IMG/VR virus record: IMGVR_UViG_3300036832_000974
Location: 24,796 to 88,795 of that record
Length of the DNA stretch: 64,000 nt
From: a virus
Strand: one strand, 5' to 3'
Shown here: in pieces, positions 1-10,600 of the stretch
Position numbering within the stretch: the first letter of the stretch is position 1
How the letters are laid out: every line of letters starts with the position of its first letter
Notes under the pieces: model-generated
The model's database searches: none
What the model was told of the DNA's origin: nothing
The model's input: only the letters and a program-made list of their open reading frames with translations
Program-made: the position numbers and the translations under genes

Positions 1-1
1 T

Positions 2-2683
2 ACGCGTCGTCGGATAGGCGCCGAACGCTCCCGCCCGCGCAGCCAGAACACCTGACCAGTCGGTGGTGCCGTCAACATTGGTGCCGGGCGGGAATGAAGC
101 AGCCCAGTTAACCGTCGCCTGATATGTGTAGCTCACCTGCGCCTGCAGGTCACTGATCTCGATCTTCTGAAAGCTGATCTGCGAGGAGTTGGCCGAAGCG
201 CGCTTCTCGACCGCGTCCATGCGGCCCTTTAGCTCGGCAATGTCACGCGCGATGCCGCCGAGCGTGGTGGTGGTGGTGGCCGCCGCGCCGCTGATACCGA
301 ACAGCGCCTCGTTGATCTTGCCGAGCAGCGCATCCTGATCGATGACGAGGCTGCCGTCGCCGTCGATGACGAGCGGCGCCTTGATCTCGACCGCCAGCGA
401 TCCATCCGGCTCGACCACCAGCGGATTGGCGAGATCAAGGCCGAGCTTTTGCTCGGCCAGGGCGAGCGGTGGCTGCGCCCAGATGATCTGCGCCGGGCCA
501 CGGCCGGGATCGGTGCGGCCGACGAGATTCGGCCCCGGCCAGCACTCCAGCTCGAAGAAGGCGTTGTAGTTGGCGTGGATCGACGGCATCGAGGTCGGAT
601 CATCGCGGTCGACGAGACAGATGACCTCGGGGTTCTGATCGAACGCGAAGAACACCGGCAGCGGGGGCAGGTTTGGCGGCCCACCGAACTCGGGCGAATG
701 CACGGTGAGATTGGCCGACCTGATCCGCTGCACCTGCGTCATCGTCGGCCCGCCAAGGTCCGGCCGGGCGATCAGGATCGACAGCGGGTGAAACACCGGG
801 TTGGTGCCCACCAGCGGGCTTCCCAGAACCGGGCCGACCGTCGGCGCCAACGACTGCGCCGTCATGGCGTACATGAAGCGCGCTTCGAGCGGCCGCCCCA
901 GCACCGGCGACCCCACCGTCAGCGGCTGCGCCGACAGCCCCACCACCCGTTTCATGGCCGGGGTACCAAGCGCGGGCGGCAACACCGCCACGTCGATGGC
1001 GGTCATGCCGTAGACCAGCCGGGCCAGTGCCGGCTGCCCGAGCGCGGGCGGCGCCACCACCTTGTCGAACGCCAGCATGTAGTGGTGCTGCCGCAGCGTC
1101 GGCGCCGTGAAGGTGGGCGGCCCGACCGTCAGCGGGATTGGCGCCACGTAGGGCAGCAGCAGCGATGGCCGGTCAATGACCGGCGGGGCCACCGCGAAGC
1201 CGATGGCAGTAAACTTCGGGGTGACCGTCAGCACCGGTGCAACCGGAGCGATGTCGGGGCGCCCGAGCGAGAGGTCGAAGGCGGTGAGGTGCTGGACCGG
1301 TGCCGTCGACGGTGTGCCGAGCACGGGTGAGCCAACCGAGAACCCGAGCGGCGAGGGAAGGGTCTGCTTTCCGCCTACCCTTGGGCTTCCTATCGCCAGG
1401 GCGGTGGGTGCCAGCGAGATCGCGGTGATGTAGTGGTGCTGGCCTAGCGCCGGGCTATCCAGCGCCGGCGAGGCCGGTATCAGCGGCAGCGGCTCGATCT
1501 GGTCGCCGACCACAAAGCCGGTGACGTCACCAAGCGCCAGGGCCCCGATCGGGGCGTCGGCCGCCGAAGCGAGGGCAGGCGACACCGCCACGACCTCGGG
1601 CGCCGCCACGGCGCCGACCGCGCTGGAACCCATGGCTGGCGAGCCCAGCGCCAGCGACGTCTTCCCCGGGAAGACGGCCGCTCGCCCCATGACCGGGCCG
1701 CCGATGACGGGCTGGCCCGCGGCCACGGGCACCGCCGCCAGGGCTGCCTTGGTGCTCTTGGCCAGCACCGGCACGGCAAAAGCCGGGTGGCCGACCGTCA
1801 ACCCGGGGGTGGCTACAGCATGCCGCTGCCTCAGCGCCGGGGTGCCAATGACGGGCGAGGCCGTCGCCAGCACCGACACCGCCGTCAGCTTGACCGTCGG
1901 CAGCAGCGTCGGACCGCCGAGGACGGGCGGCGGCACGGCAAAGCCGATCGCCGTCATCCCGTAGCGCTGTGCAAACACCGGGGCGCCGAGCCCAAGGGCA
2001 GCGGTTGCAAAAGCGCCAGCGCCCAGCACATCTGGCGCCACCGGCCACCCCACCATGAAGGCGGCCCACGGATTGGTGGCGATGGTGGCGCTGAAGATCT
2101 TCGACGCTGTGGTGGTTGAGGCTAGATTGCCGCCGCGAACGCGCGCAAACCCGGAGTTGGTCGCATCGGTAAACGGCGGCGTCGCGGTCAGGTTGCCGGT
2201 GATCGTGAAGGTGTCGGCGGTCGCCGCCCCAGCGATAGCAGCACCGCCAAGCAGCGCGGTGAGAACATCGGGAATAACTCCCGAGGCCACCGACGGTGTC
2301 GTTCCAGTCCCGGTCGCGTTGACGCTGACCGTCGGCGCCACGTCCTTGACGCCGGTGATGTACGCCGCCGACATCACGCAGCGGCCGCTGGCCTGCTTGT
2401 TATAGGTGAGCGTTGCGCCGGTCAGTGCTGCCGAATTGCGCCGATAGTGAATCTGCGCATAGCCGTTGGCAGTCAGTGCGTTGGGATTGGCCCTGAGCGT
2501 GGCATCGCTGGTATAGTTGCCAGCGTTCACGCCATCGGTAACGGTGCCCGCTACGGCACTGGTGTTTCGCTCATAGATAAAAACAACGATGTGGGCGCCA
2601 GCCGGGACGGTGACGCCAGTGATGGCTAGCGTGGCGCCGCTGTTGTTATTGTTGGTGCCGAGGCTGGTGAAGACAGCGGCCAT
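2..2683 (-). CDS. Long Pro/Ala/Val-rich repeat virion appendage/fibre scaffold protein (>894 aa, runs off the left edge; absent from the ORF track)
   Basis: Manual translation from ATG at 2683 (MAAVFTSLGTNNNNSGATLAITGVTVPAG...) stays open to position 2 (...AFGAYPTTR). N-terminal beta-rich domain, about 18 imperfect 22-24 aa repeats ending in P-x-(L/I/F)-G-x-P, then a coiled-coil-like segment (IARDIAELKGRMDAVEK). Confidence 0.85.
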   Translation of the reverse strand, partial: MAAVFTSLGTNNNNSGATLAITGVTVPAGAHIVVFIYERNTSAVAGTVTDGVNAGNYTSDATLRANPNALTANGYAQIHYRRNSAALTGATLTYNKQASGRCVMSAAYITGVKDVAPTVSVNATGTGTTPSVASGVIPDVLTALLGGAAIAGAATADTFTITGNLTATPPFTDATNSGFARVRGGNLASTTTASKIFSATIATNPWAAFMVGWPVAPDVLGAGAFATAALGLGAPVFAQRYGMTAIGFAVPPPVLGGPTLLPTVKLTAVSVLATASPVIGTPALRQRHAVATPGLTVGHPAFAVPVLAKSTKAALAAVPVAAGQPVIGGPVMGRAAVFPGKTSLALGSPAMGSSAVGAVAAPEVVAVSPALASAADAPIGALALGDVTGFVVGDQIEPLPLIPASPALDSPALGQHHYITAISLAPTALAIGSPRVGGKQTLPSPLGFSVGSPVLGTPSTAPVQHLTAFDLSLGRPDIAPVAPVLTVTPKFTAIGFAVAPPVIDRPSLLLPYVAPIPLTVGPPTFTAPTLRQHHYMLAFDKVVAPPALGQPALARLVYGMTAIDVAVLPPALGTPAMKRVVGLSAQPLTVGSPVLGRPLEARFMYAMTAQSLAPTVGPVLGSPLVGTNPVFHPLSILIARPDLGGPTMTQVQRIRSANLTVHSPEFGGPPNLPPLPVFFAFDQNPEVICLVDRDDPTSMPSIHANYNAFFELECWPGPNLVGRTDPGRGPAQIIWAQPPLALAEQKLGLDLANPLVVEPDGSLAVEIKAPLVIDGDGSLVIDQDALLGKINEALFGISGAAATTTTTLGGIARDIAELKGRMDAVEKRASANSSQISFQKIEISDLQAQVSYTYQATVNWAASFPPGTNVDGTTDWSGVLAARAGAFGAYPTTR

Positions 2684-2702
2684 GTCCCAGGCCCACCCAT
2701 CC

Positions 2703-5333
2703 TCAACGGAACATCATGAAGATGTAATTCGACGGCACCGACAATGTCGTATCAGCCGTAAACACCCCTCCTACCGTGCTTCCAGCAAACGTGTTCGGGG
2801 TTGACGTCGTGTCCACATTCTTGGAGTGGGCCACGAAGATCGATTGTTGAGATGCTGTCTTCGAAAGGCACCAAGGCTGGCCAGCCCCATCGGCTTGCCC
2901 GCCCTGCGAGTGCGTCCCGCAGTACGTTGTATCGAACCCAGCTATGAACGGCTCGGTGTTGTTGTTAACGCAATCGTTCCCAGTCACTGATGCGGTGTCA
3001 GCGCTGATCAGCGTTATGCATAAGCCAGCGGCGTTGGTTATGAAGTTGTTGGATATCTGCAAATTTTTGAACGGGAAACCGGATGGCGAGAACCCGCCAT
3101 CTTGAGTGGTGCCCCACACGAAGATGGCCGCTCCGTTCCACCCCGACGCACCTGCCCCGTTAGAGATAGATAACGGGTCCCAGACATGCGAGAAGTCGCC
3201 GCCTCCTACCCCCACGATTGAATTGTTGCGGACAATGATGTTGCTTGAACCTGAGCCGGCAAGGGTCTCCAGAGACGGAGTGTTGAAACTCCAGCTCATT
3301 TCAATCGGCCCATAATAATTATTGCCAAACACATTGTTCTCGATAAGGACGTTTTCATTGTAAGCAAGAATACGTCCATGGTTGTCATGGAAGCACGAGT
3401 CACGGATGATGACATTCGGAGAAGACAGCCCCGGGAACGCTATCGCCGGAAGCTGTGTGCCGGTAAGCCCAATGTACGGGGTTAGCTCCGGGACTGATGG
3501 ATAGGTCACGGTCCAGGTCCATATGCCAGTCCCCGCATTATACGACTGGGAGAATGATCCGATCGTTCTGCCGATCTCTGCATAGGTGTTCGGATCGATG
3601 AACTTGATCGTGTTGCCGACCCCTGTCGTCATCGGATATTGAAATGTCGTGTCCAGCGTGAAGCCGGTGGTTGACGTAAGAGACGTCAGGTTCTTCACCA
3701 TGAGCCCACGCATCCAGAAATCGTCATCATCTTGGAAACCAAAGTCGCTGTTCTCGATCAGAATGTTTCCGTAATTGAACGCCGAATCGGAATCGCCAAC
3801 GAACGAGACGTAACGCGGCTGCTCCCCAGATGCGAGGGCAGAATCCGGCTTCCGGGTCAGTGCGATATTACTCAGCCTCACATTCGAAGACTGCGAACCA
3901 ACTATGAGCCCGGTTCCTCCACCACCATAGCAGGCAACATTCTCGAACGTGGAGTTGGTCGCGGCCGAGCCGATATCGATGCATCCGGCAGTCTTGACGA
4001 ACAGAACAGCTTCGGTCCCATCCGGCAGATTGAAACCACCTGACAAATTGTAATAGTACAATCCATCCGAGGCGAAGTTGGAATTGAACCCGGTGCCATT
4101 TGGTCCTGTCGCAGTAGGTACAATCCCAACACGAGCGCCACCACGAAAGTCATAGGTGTAGTTGGACAGACGGTAGCCGTCCAATGTCTTGAGCGTAGGC
4201 GGGTTGGTCGGATCGGGAATGTAGTAAGAAGGATTGTTGACCGTGAACCGCTGCGATGAAACAGCTGTCATCACCGTAGGCGTCGATACATTCGTTGATG
4301 GGTTTATTCCATAGGTGAGATTATAGGTCCCCGTTCCGCCGGTCCCCGTTCCCCCGGGATAGATACGAGCCCAGCTGCCAATCGCTCCTGACGCATCATA
4401 GATGTACTGATCGTTGGCAAGCGCGCCGCTCGTCACACTGGACACTGTCAGGATGCCGCTGCCAGCATTAGGCGGCCCACCGGCAGCAATGGTGCCGGTG
4501 AACGTTGCGCCAACCACATTGTGAACAACTCCGGGGATTGCGGCGCGAAAGTCCCGGTCGAACTGAATGTCCCTCACGAGGGTCCGGTTGGTGAGACCGA
4601 CCACAAGTCCCTGAACAGCCCCAATCGTCGACGGCGTCTGATTGAAGAGGACGCGGGTCAGCGGAATGATGTGCCCCTTGGCATCGGTGGTGTGACCAGC
4701 GTCACCGATCAACGAGGTGTCATTGGCGGTCATCATAATGTTGTAATTGAACGTACTGGTGCTCCACGACGGATTGTTCAGATGATAATCGCCAGCAGCG
4801 AGATGCACCGCGGTGCCGGCAACCTTCAGGGCATTGTCTATGTTGGTGAAGTCACTACACCCTACCGCGCCATTGCAGGGCGACAGCATTACCGTTGACG
4901 TGGTGACAGGGACCTGGACCGTGAACGATATCGTGTCACCATTGGCCGCTTCGAATGATTCCGTCCGGTCCACCCCGAGCTTAGGCGCCGGGATTTGCTG
5001 CATCGGCGGACAATTGAATGGCAATGTCATGTCCGAGATCGCGGCACGCATTGGGTTGGTTTGACTCGCGCCATTCACGACCTGATAGACGTAAACCGTA
5101 TTCACGACCGCCGTTGTGTCGGTGAACGTCGCGCCCGCTGTCGTGCCGATCGTAGTGGTGGAACCCGGCACACCGAACGCCGAGCGCTGCACCGTGTTGG
5201 TCCCGGACGGTGACGATCCCCAGGACAATGCAATGTTGGTCCCCGACGGTATTGCTGACAGCGTTCCGAACGACTGCCCGAAAGCGCCGGATGTTGGGAT
5301 GACAAGGCACGCCAGCGCGAGCAGGTGTTTCAT
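2703..5333 (-). CDS. Signal-peptide protein with FN3-like domain and right-handed beta-helix, GH110-like glycosidase/depolymerase
   Basis: GGAGG RBS before ATG 5333. MKHLLALACLVIPTSGAFG-Q signal peptide. FN3-like LSW...FTDTT...YVYQV. NILIENSDFGFQDDDDFWMRG and VIIRDSCFHDNHGRIL...VLIENNVF resemble GH110 beta-helix motifs. Confidence 0.7.
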   Translation of the reverse strand: MKHLLALACLVIPTSGAFGQSFGTLSAIPSGTNIALSWGSSPSGTNTVQRSAFGVPGSTTTIGTTAGATFTDTTAVVNTVYVYQVVNGASQTNPMRAAISDMTLPFNCPPMQQIPAPKLGVDRTESFEAANGDTISFTVQVPVTTSTVMLSPCNGAVGCSDFTNIDNALKVAGTAVHLAAGDYHLNNPSWSTSTFNYNIMMTANDTSLIGDAGHTTDAKGHIIPLTRVLFNQTPSTIGAVQGLVVGLTNRTLVRDIQFDRDFRAAIPGVVHNVVGATFTGTIAAGGPPNAGSGILTVSSVTSGALANDQYIYDASGAIGSWARIYPGGTGTGGTGTYNLTYGINPSTNVSTPTVMTAVSSQRFTVNNPSYYIPDPTNPPTLKTLDGYRLSNYTYDFRGGARVGIVPTATGPNGTGFNSNFASDGLYYYNLSGGFNLPDGTEAVLFVKTAGCIDIGSAATNSTFENVACYGGGGTGLIVGSQSSNVRLSNIALTRKPDSALASGEQPRYVSFVGDSDSAFNYGNILIENSDFGFQDDDDFWMRGLMVKNLTSLTSTTGFTLDTTFQYPMTTGVGNTIKFIDPNTYAEIGRTIGSFSQSYNAGTGIWTWTVTYPSVPELTPYIGLTGTQLPAIAFPGLSSPNVIIRDSCFHDNHGRILAYNENVLIENNVFGNNYYGPIEMSWSFNTPSLETLAGSGSSNIIVRNNSIVGVGGGDFSHVWDPLSISNGAGASGWNGAAIFVWGTTQDGGFSPSGFPFKNLQISNNFITNAAGLCITLISADTASVTGNDCVNNNTEPFIAGFDTTYCGTHSQGGQADGAGQPWCLSKTASQQSIFVAHSKNVDTTSTPNTFAGSTVGGVFTADTTLSVPSNYIFMMFR

Positions 5334-6286
5334 CGGCACACCTCCAGCTTTTCGAGCCGGGATTTCAGCTCCCTTACTGCACCAACCAGCTCGGCGATCA
5401 TCCCAGGTTGCGACCACCCTCTGGGTTTTCCCTCAGTATCATACGCGACCAACCTGGACTCGACGGCTTCAACATCCTCGGCGATCAGCCCGATCTGCTG
5501 ACGATTGGAAACATCATCGTTCCGCACAAACGTCTTGGGCTGCAGCGCAGCGATGCGGTCCAGGGAGCCACCGAGCGGTGCGATGTCGTGCTTGACCCTG
5601 GCGGTCGAGGTGAGACACCCAAGCGTCGCATCGTAAGTGATGGCACCGCTGGTGCCGAAACAAACCGTGCCGAGCTGAGCCGCTGCCGTCTGAGTCATGG
5701 CCGGAACGAAGAGTTGGCCCACAAAATGAGCCGATTGAGAAGTATCTAAGGTCAAAGCCAGATTTGGGCCACCAGTGCCAAAAGCAAGTTGGCCATTACT
5801 ACGGAACGCTAGATCAGTGCCGTATGAGCCAGTAACGAGCGCTCCACCACTTCCTATGTAGCCGAAGGTCCCAAAGGGAGCGTTTGCCATCGAAAAATAG
5901 GTGTCAGCCTGCGGAGACGTCAGCACCAAGACTTGCTGCCATCCGTTCGAAATCACGCTTGGCTGGGTGCTGGACCCACCGACATTGATCCTGTCACCAA
6001 CTCCGAGCCCCTGATCGATGATGACGGCCCCGGTTGTTGGCGACGTCGATGCTGTCCCATTGGTGAAGTGAAACGGCTGCGAGAGATCAAGCGACAGCGT
6101 TGGCGGCGCCGTCCCGGTTACCTGCAAGGGAGACTGCGTAGCCGTTGCCGGACATGGTTGCAGCGCCGCTGGGGTACCTGTCGGATTGCAGAAGATGCTG
6201 AATGGCGGGACCTGACCGGGAAAAGTCTGCGCAGCCGCAGGAATGACGAACAGCGCGAGCAGCGCCGCGAGCAGGGAACGTCTCAT
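5330..6286 (-). CDS. Fibre-like protein with signal peptide and C-terminal intramolecular chaperone (peptidase S74) domain
   Basis: N-terminus MRRSLLAALLALFVIPAAA-Q. C-terminal TSTARVKHDI...IGLIAEDVEAV...LVGAVRELKSRLEKLE is a typical S74 autocleaving chaperone. Confidence 0.8.
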   Translation of the reverse strand: MRRSLLAALLALFVIPAAAQTFPGQVPPFSIFCNPTGTPAALQPCPATATQSPLQVTGTAPPTLSLDLSQPFHFTNGTASTSPTTGAVIIDQGLGVGDRINVGGSSTQPSVISNGWQQVLVLTSPQADTYFSMANAPFGTFGYIGSGGALVTGSYGTDLAFRSNGQLAFGTGGPNLALTLDTSQSAHFVGQLFVPAMTQTAAAQLGTVCFGTSGAITYDATLGCLTSTARVKHDIAPLGGSLDRIAALQPKTFVRNDDVSNRQQIGLIAEDVEAVESRLVAYDTEGKPRGWSQPGMIAELVGAVRELKSRLEKLEVCR

Positions 6287-7644
6287 TGGATGCTCCATCC
6301 AGCGTTCACGCCGTCATTGAAAGGCACGAGCGTGATGGCTGCATAATTGTTGCTGAGGACAAAACTTGGCAGCCCGTCGATAAGGTCCGGCGACGTGGTG
6401 GTGATCGTAATCGGGTGAGCCGCTGCTTGCCCCAAGTCCTTGAACGTCACCGGTCTGCCGGACCGGCTCGACGCCAGCGGCAGCGTGCAAGAAGCAGTCC
6501 CAGCAATGTTGCAGTTGATGATATTGTCGGTTGGGTTGACGACAATCGGTGACGCCGTCACCGCGCGCTGCTTCCTAACACCGAGCACCTGCGTCGCACT
6601 ACCGATCCGAACGTTGATGGCAGCACCGTCATTCCACACGTCGCCATCAACCGGTGACGTCGGCGCCGCACCCGAAGGAATGCTGATCCCCGATCGCGCC
6701 GCCGTGCTTGGCGATGTCCTGACCTGCCCGCCGAACCAGCTTGGCGTATCACCGGCAACGTAGACCCCCCATGAGTTGGTCGGTGCGTTGGGGGCAGGCG
6801 GCGGATCGACATAGACGCCGTACCAGTTCGTGATCGCACCGCCTTGGTTGAATCCAGTAGCAGCATAAAGGCAGCGGGCGTCGTCAATGGTGCCGCTGGC
6901 ATTGAGGTTCTGTATGCCGCCTTGCGTGGCCCACGCCTGAACAATCCTGCCCGCGCCAGTATTGTAAATAGTGCCTATGACTCCGTACGCAGTGAAGACA
7001 ATCCCGGTACCTCCCGGTTGAACCTGACCTTGAAGCGCGGTCAAACCTTGCTGGTAGTTGTAATCGCCTCCGGGATTGATGCCGAAAGATCCACCAGTGA
7101 CACCGGCGTTGCAAACCGTATCAATGTAGGGGACGACGAGAAGATACTGGGCCGTGGTCCAATCTGTAGGATTATAAAGGGCAGACTGCATGTGCAGCCT
7201 GACGGCGGACTGCGGCGCCTGATTGCCAATCGATACAGGCACATCACGAAACCACGTTGGTGCGTGATACACCCAAGCGTCAGGACTCGTGATGTTGTAG
7301 TCGGCGTGGTCGAGCTGGGTGAGCAGATTGGTTCCCGACGACAGGCTAGCAAGATCCTCGGCCAGGAGCACGAGAGCAACCCGGGCATTGCCGGAGAGCG
7401 CGAGCGCGGCGCCGCCGCTGCTCGACCCGAGCGGGCCGCGCGTCAGCGTGGTGCCGCTGCCACCGATGGTGCCGTGGCCGTACTCGTAAGCGGTGCCGTC
7501 AGAGATCGAGTAGGACACCGACGAGCCATCGGGGACCGAAGCCTGCGCGGGCGTGCGCCGCCCCGGAATCGCCGCGCCGACGGTGATGGTGCCGGTGCCG
7601 GTGGTCGGCGTCGAGAACTCGACGAGATTGAACAGTGCTGTCAT
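6283..7644 (-). CDS. Tail fibre/spike protein with shared N-terminal anchor domain
   Basis: 453 aa, beta-rich. First ~100 aa are paralogous to the N-terminus of 7644..13508. APTSPVDGDVW fibre motif. Confidence 0.75.
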   Translation of the reverse strand: MTALFNLVEFSTPTTGTGTITVGAAIPGRRTPAQASVPDGSSVSYSISDGTAYEYGHGTIGGSGTTLTRGPLGSSSGGAALALSGNARVALVLLAEDLASLSSGTNLLTQLDHADYNITSPDAWVYHAPTWFRDVPVSIGNQAPQSAVRLHMQSALYNPTDWTTAQYLLVVPYIDTVCNAGVTGGSFGINPGGDYNYQQGLTALQGQVQPGGTGIVFTAYGVIGTIYNTGAGRIVQAWATQGGIQNLNASGTIDDARCLYAATGFNQGGAITNWYGVYVDPPPAPNAPTNSWGVYVAGDTPSWFGGQVRTSPSTAARSGISIPSGAAPTSPVDGDVWNDGAAINVRIGSATQVLGVRKQRAVTASPIVVNPTDNIINCNIAGTASCTLPLASSRSGRPVTFKDLGQAAAHPITITTTSPDLIDGLPSFVLSNNYAAITLVPFNDGVNAGWSIQ

Positions 7645-10600
7645 CAGTGATACCGCCGCGTCGAGATGTAGATGGTCACCGACCCGTCAGTCAGTCCGGT
7701 AAGGGCAGTCGCCCCAATGAATCGAACGCTCATCTGCATAGTACCAGTCGGCCCGTCCCATCCCGGGCAGAATCCATCTGCAGTGGGCATCGTCGCCTTG
7801 GCGAGGTTAACCCCGTAGTCGGCATCGGCGATACCCTTGACGTTACCCTTCGTGCCGCCCCTCACTACGGTCGTGCAGTCGAACGCCTTGAGCAGATCGG
7901 TTCCACCCGAAGTGGTGCCGACCTGCATCGTGCAGGTGCCCGCGCCGGTGAACACTCGTGCCACATCGGCAACGATACCGGTGATCTTCGAGCGCATGGG
8001 TATGGCGCCCAGTGAGATATCAACGGTTGTGACCCCGGCGGAATTGATGGAGGTGAACGGTATTGTTATGGATGTGACGCCATCGGTCAGGATGCCCTGC
8101 GAGTGCGCTATCAGCCCGCTGCCCTGAACATTCTGTCCCAGGCCAGTCGAGAGGGTCTGAAGAGCACCGAACGATGTAGGAATTTTACCGGTGTCTCCGT
8201 AGTCGTTGATCTGCTGCACAGCCCACTTGGAGTGAGGGAATGTCGATGTGGGGAACTCATCATTGGGATCGTAGGGATTCATGGAGCCATCGTAGTAGAC
8301 CGGCACACCCTGCGTTCCACCGGTGTTCGCAAAGGAATTGCCGATGGACGTCACCCCTCCAGGCTCCTGCGCGCCTAGTATCTGCACGACCGTCATCCCC
8401 TTGGACGATACAGTGCCCATGTCCCGGTCGAGAGTGTATGTCCCAACCCCTCCGCTCCCAGTTCCGTAGTTGGAAATCTGGGCGGTCTCCATCGAGTTCC
8501 CTGACCCAGGAGACCTGTAGAACCTGATCTGCCACGTAGGACCGAACCCCGGGAAGCCAGCAGCGACCGCCGTGACGTTGAGAGTCGACACCCCTCCCGT
8601 CGTCGATATAGATGCGGTGATTGGAATAACTGGATGCGAGTTCAAACTGGAAATATCAGTGCAAACTATTTTTGGTGACATTCCAACGGCTGGGTTCTCA
8701 AGAAAGCAAGCGTCTCGTGCCCCATTCATGAAAACGTTGTTGATCATGGTCAGATTGCCCGGCCACTGGATGACAACACCATCGGCTGGCATTGTGCACT
8801 GATAAGAGTTCTGCACCAGCGTCGCATTGATCTGCCCGGCGCCACCAACGGCCGTTAAGAACATGCCGCAGCTCTCTGTCTCCGCGGACGTGATGTGGAT
8901 GTTCGATGCACCATTGGCACGGATGTCAGAGAGCGTGTCGCCAGCGAAAGATGGGAAGAACAGCTCGCAGCTCCCCGACACTGGGTCACCATCAAAGCCG
9001 TAGTCCAAGTGTCCGAACACAGTGTTGAAGATGAAGAAATTCTTGATGTTGCCACCGACGATGGTTCTGAAACCGGAGTGGCCCTTGATCGACCGAACTG
9101 TGGTTCCCGACCTCGTGGTGCCAACAAGCGGCACCTTACCGGCAAAGACTTTATGATTGCCATATTGCGTGCCAGTGAAGTTGATGCTGGCGCCGCCGGG
9201 CGTCGCCGACACCTGGAACGTGTCGGTAGCGAGTCCAGTGGCGCTGACGTAGTAATTATTGCCGTGGGTAATATCGGTCGAGTACAGCGGCCCACCGACG
9301 ATGGTCGATGGCAGCGATCCGTCAGTCTGAAACACCACCGGAGTATTAGCCGCTAGTCCATGCCCGGGCCAGTGAACCACGCCGGGACTAGCGTTGGGCA
9401 TCAACGTCGCGAACGCGTCAGTGATGGTCGGGAACTGGAAGTTGTAGACCGGGAGAGCGAGGTGATAGTGGTCGGCATCAATCGGGATGGCATAGTATGT
9501 CAGGCCAGAGTTGGCATCGTCGATCTTCACGGCACGACCCATGGTCAGCCCGTGGGCCGTGTCGGTTACGACGAGGGGATTGCCAGCGGCGATGGTCACC
9601 GTCGCATTCTTGATGCCGCCCAGCACCTCGCAGGAGTCAAAAATGATCTGAGCCGCTTGAACTGTCTGCTGTATTTGGTTGCCGCACAATACAGCAGTAC
9701 TGTTATGAGCTAACACCCCAGTCGCAAACACGCACCTGTTGAAAGTGATGTTGTTGCACGGCGTCCCGCCGCCGACCTTCTCGCCCACAGCATGGTCGTT
9801 GACGCAGTCGGCAACGAATGCATATTGGCTGACGATCGCCTTCACATAGACAATCTCGAACGCGGCGGTGCCGAGACCAACGCCGACACTTGCACCCGGT
9901 TGCACGCCAGGAGACGTCCACGGGTGGTCGTTGATCATCATATCGCAGGTGAAGGTCCGATTCGTACCAGCCGTCACCGCGGCGGCAAGATGGATTGCCC
10001 CGAAGTTGTTCATCGTGTTGTCGGCGGTGATGTGGACCGTGTTCACGAGGTCGCTGAAGGTCGTGTAGTCCATGCCGATGGAGACAAAGTTGACGGCTTC
10101 GATGATGATCTGGTTGGCGCCATAGATGATGAACATCGATGGGTAGCCAGACCCCTGCCACGCGAAGCAGCTGCTGACCGTACCGCCGGATGCTGATTGA
10201 GACTGGCCGAGTATCTTGATGCTGATGCCGTTGTTGCCGCACAGGATCACTGGGTGCTTCAACATCATGACAGAAGGTGGCAGCAGCAGCGTCGCCGTTA
10301 GGCTACCGCCGTTCAGGATGGTGCCGGGGTCCTGGAACGGCAGAAGCGCGGCGTTCAGGGTAGCCGAGTCGTCAGTGGACTGATCAGCGTAGACGCCCGC
10401 CACCTTGGCGTTCCAGCCGATCGCCTCCGGGATGTACTCCCAGTGCGCGCCATCGGCGCTGGTGAATGAGTAGGGCGCCTTGGACGGGTTGATCGAGGAG
10501 ACCCTCTTGTAGTTCGCGCCGCCGCCGTCACCGACGGTGCGGTAGCCAGAGGTGTGGATCGCGTTGAGAGAGGGCGCGATGTTTGCGGCCATCGCCACGG

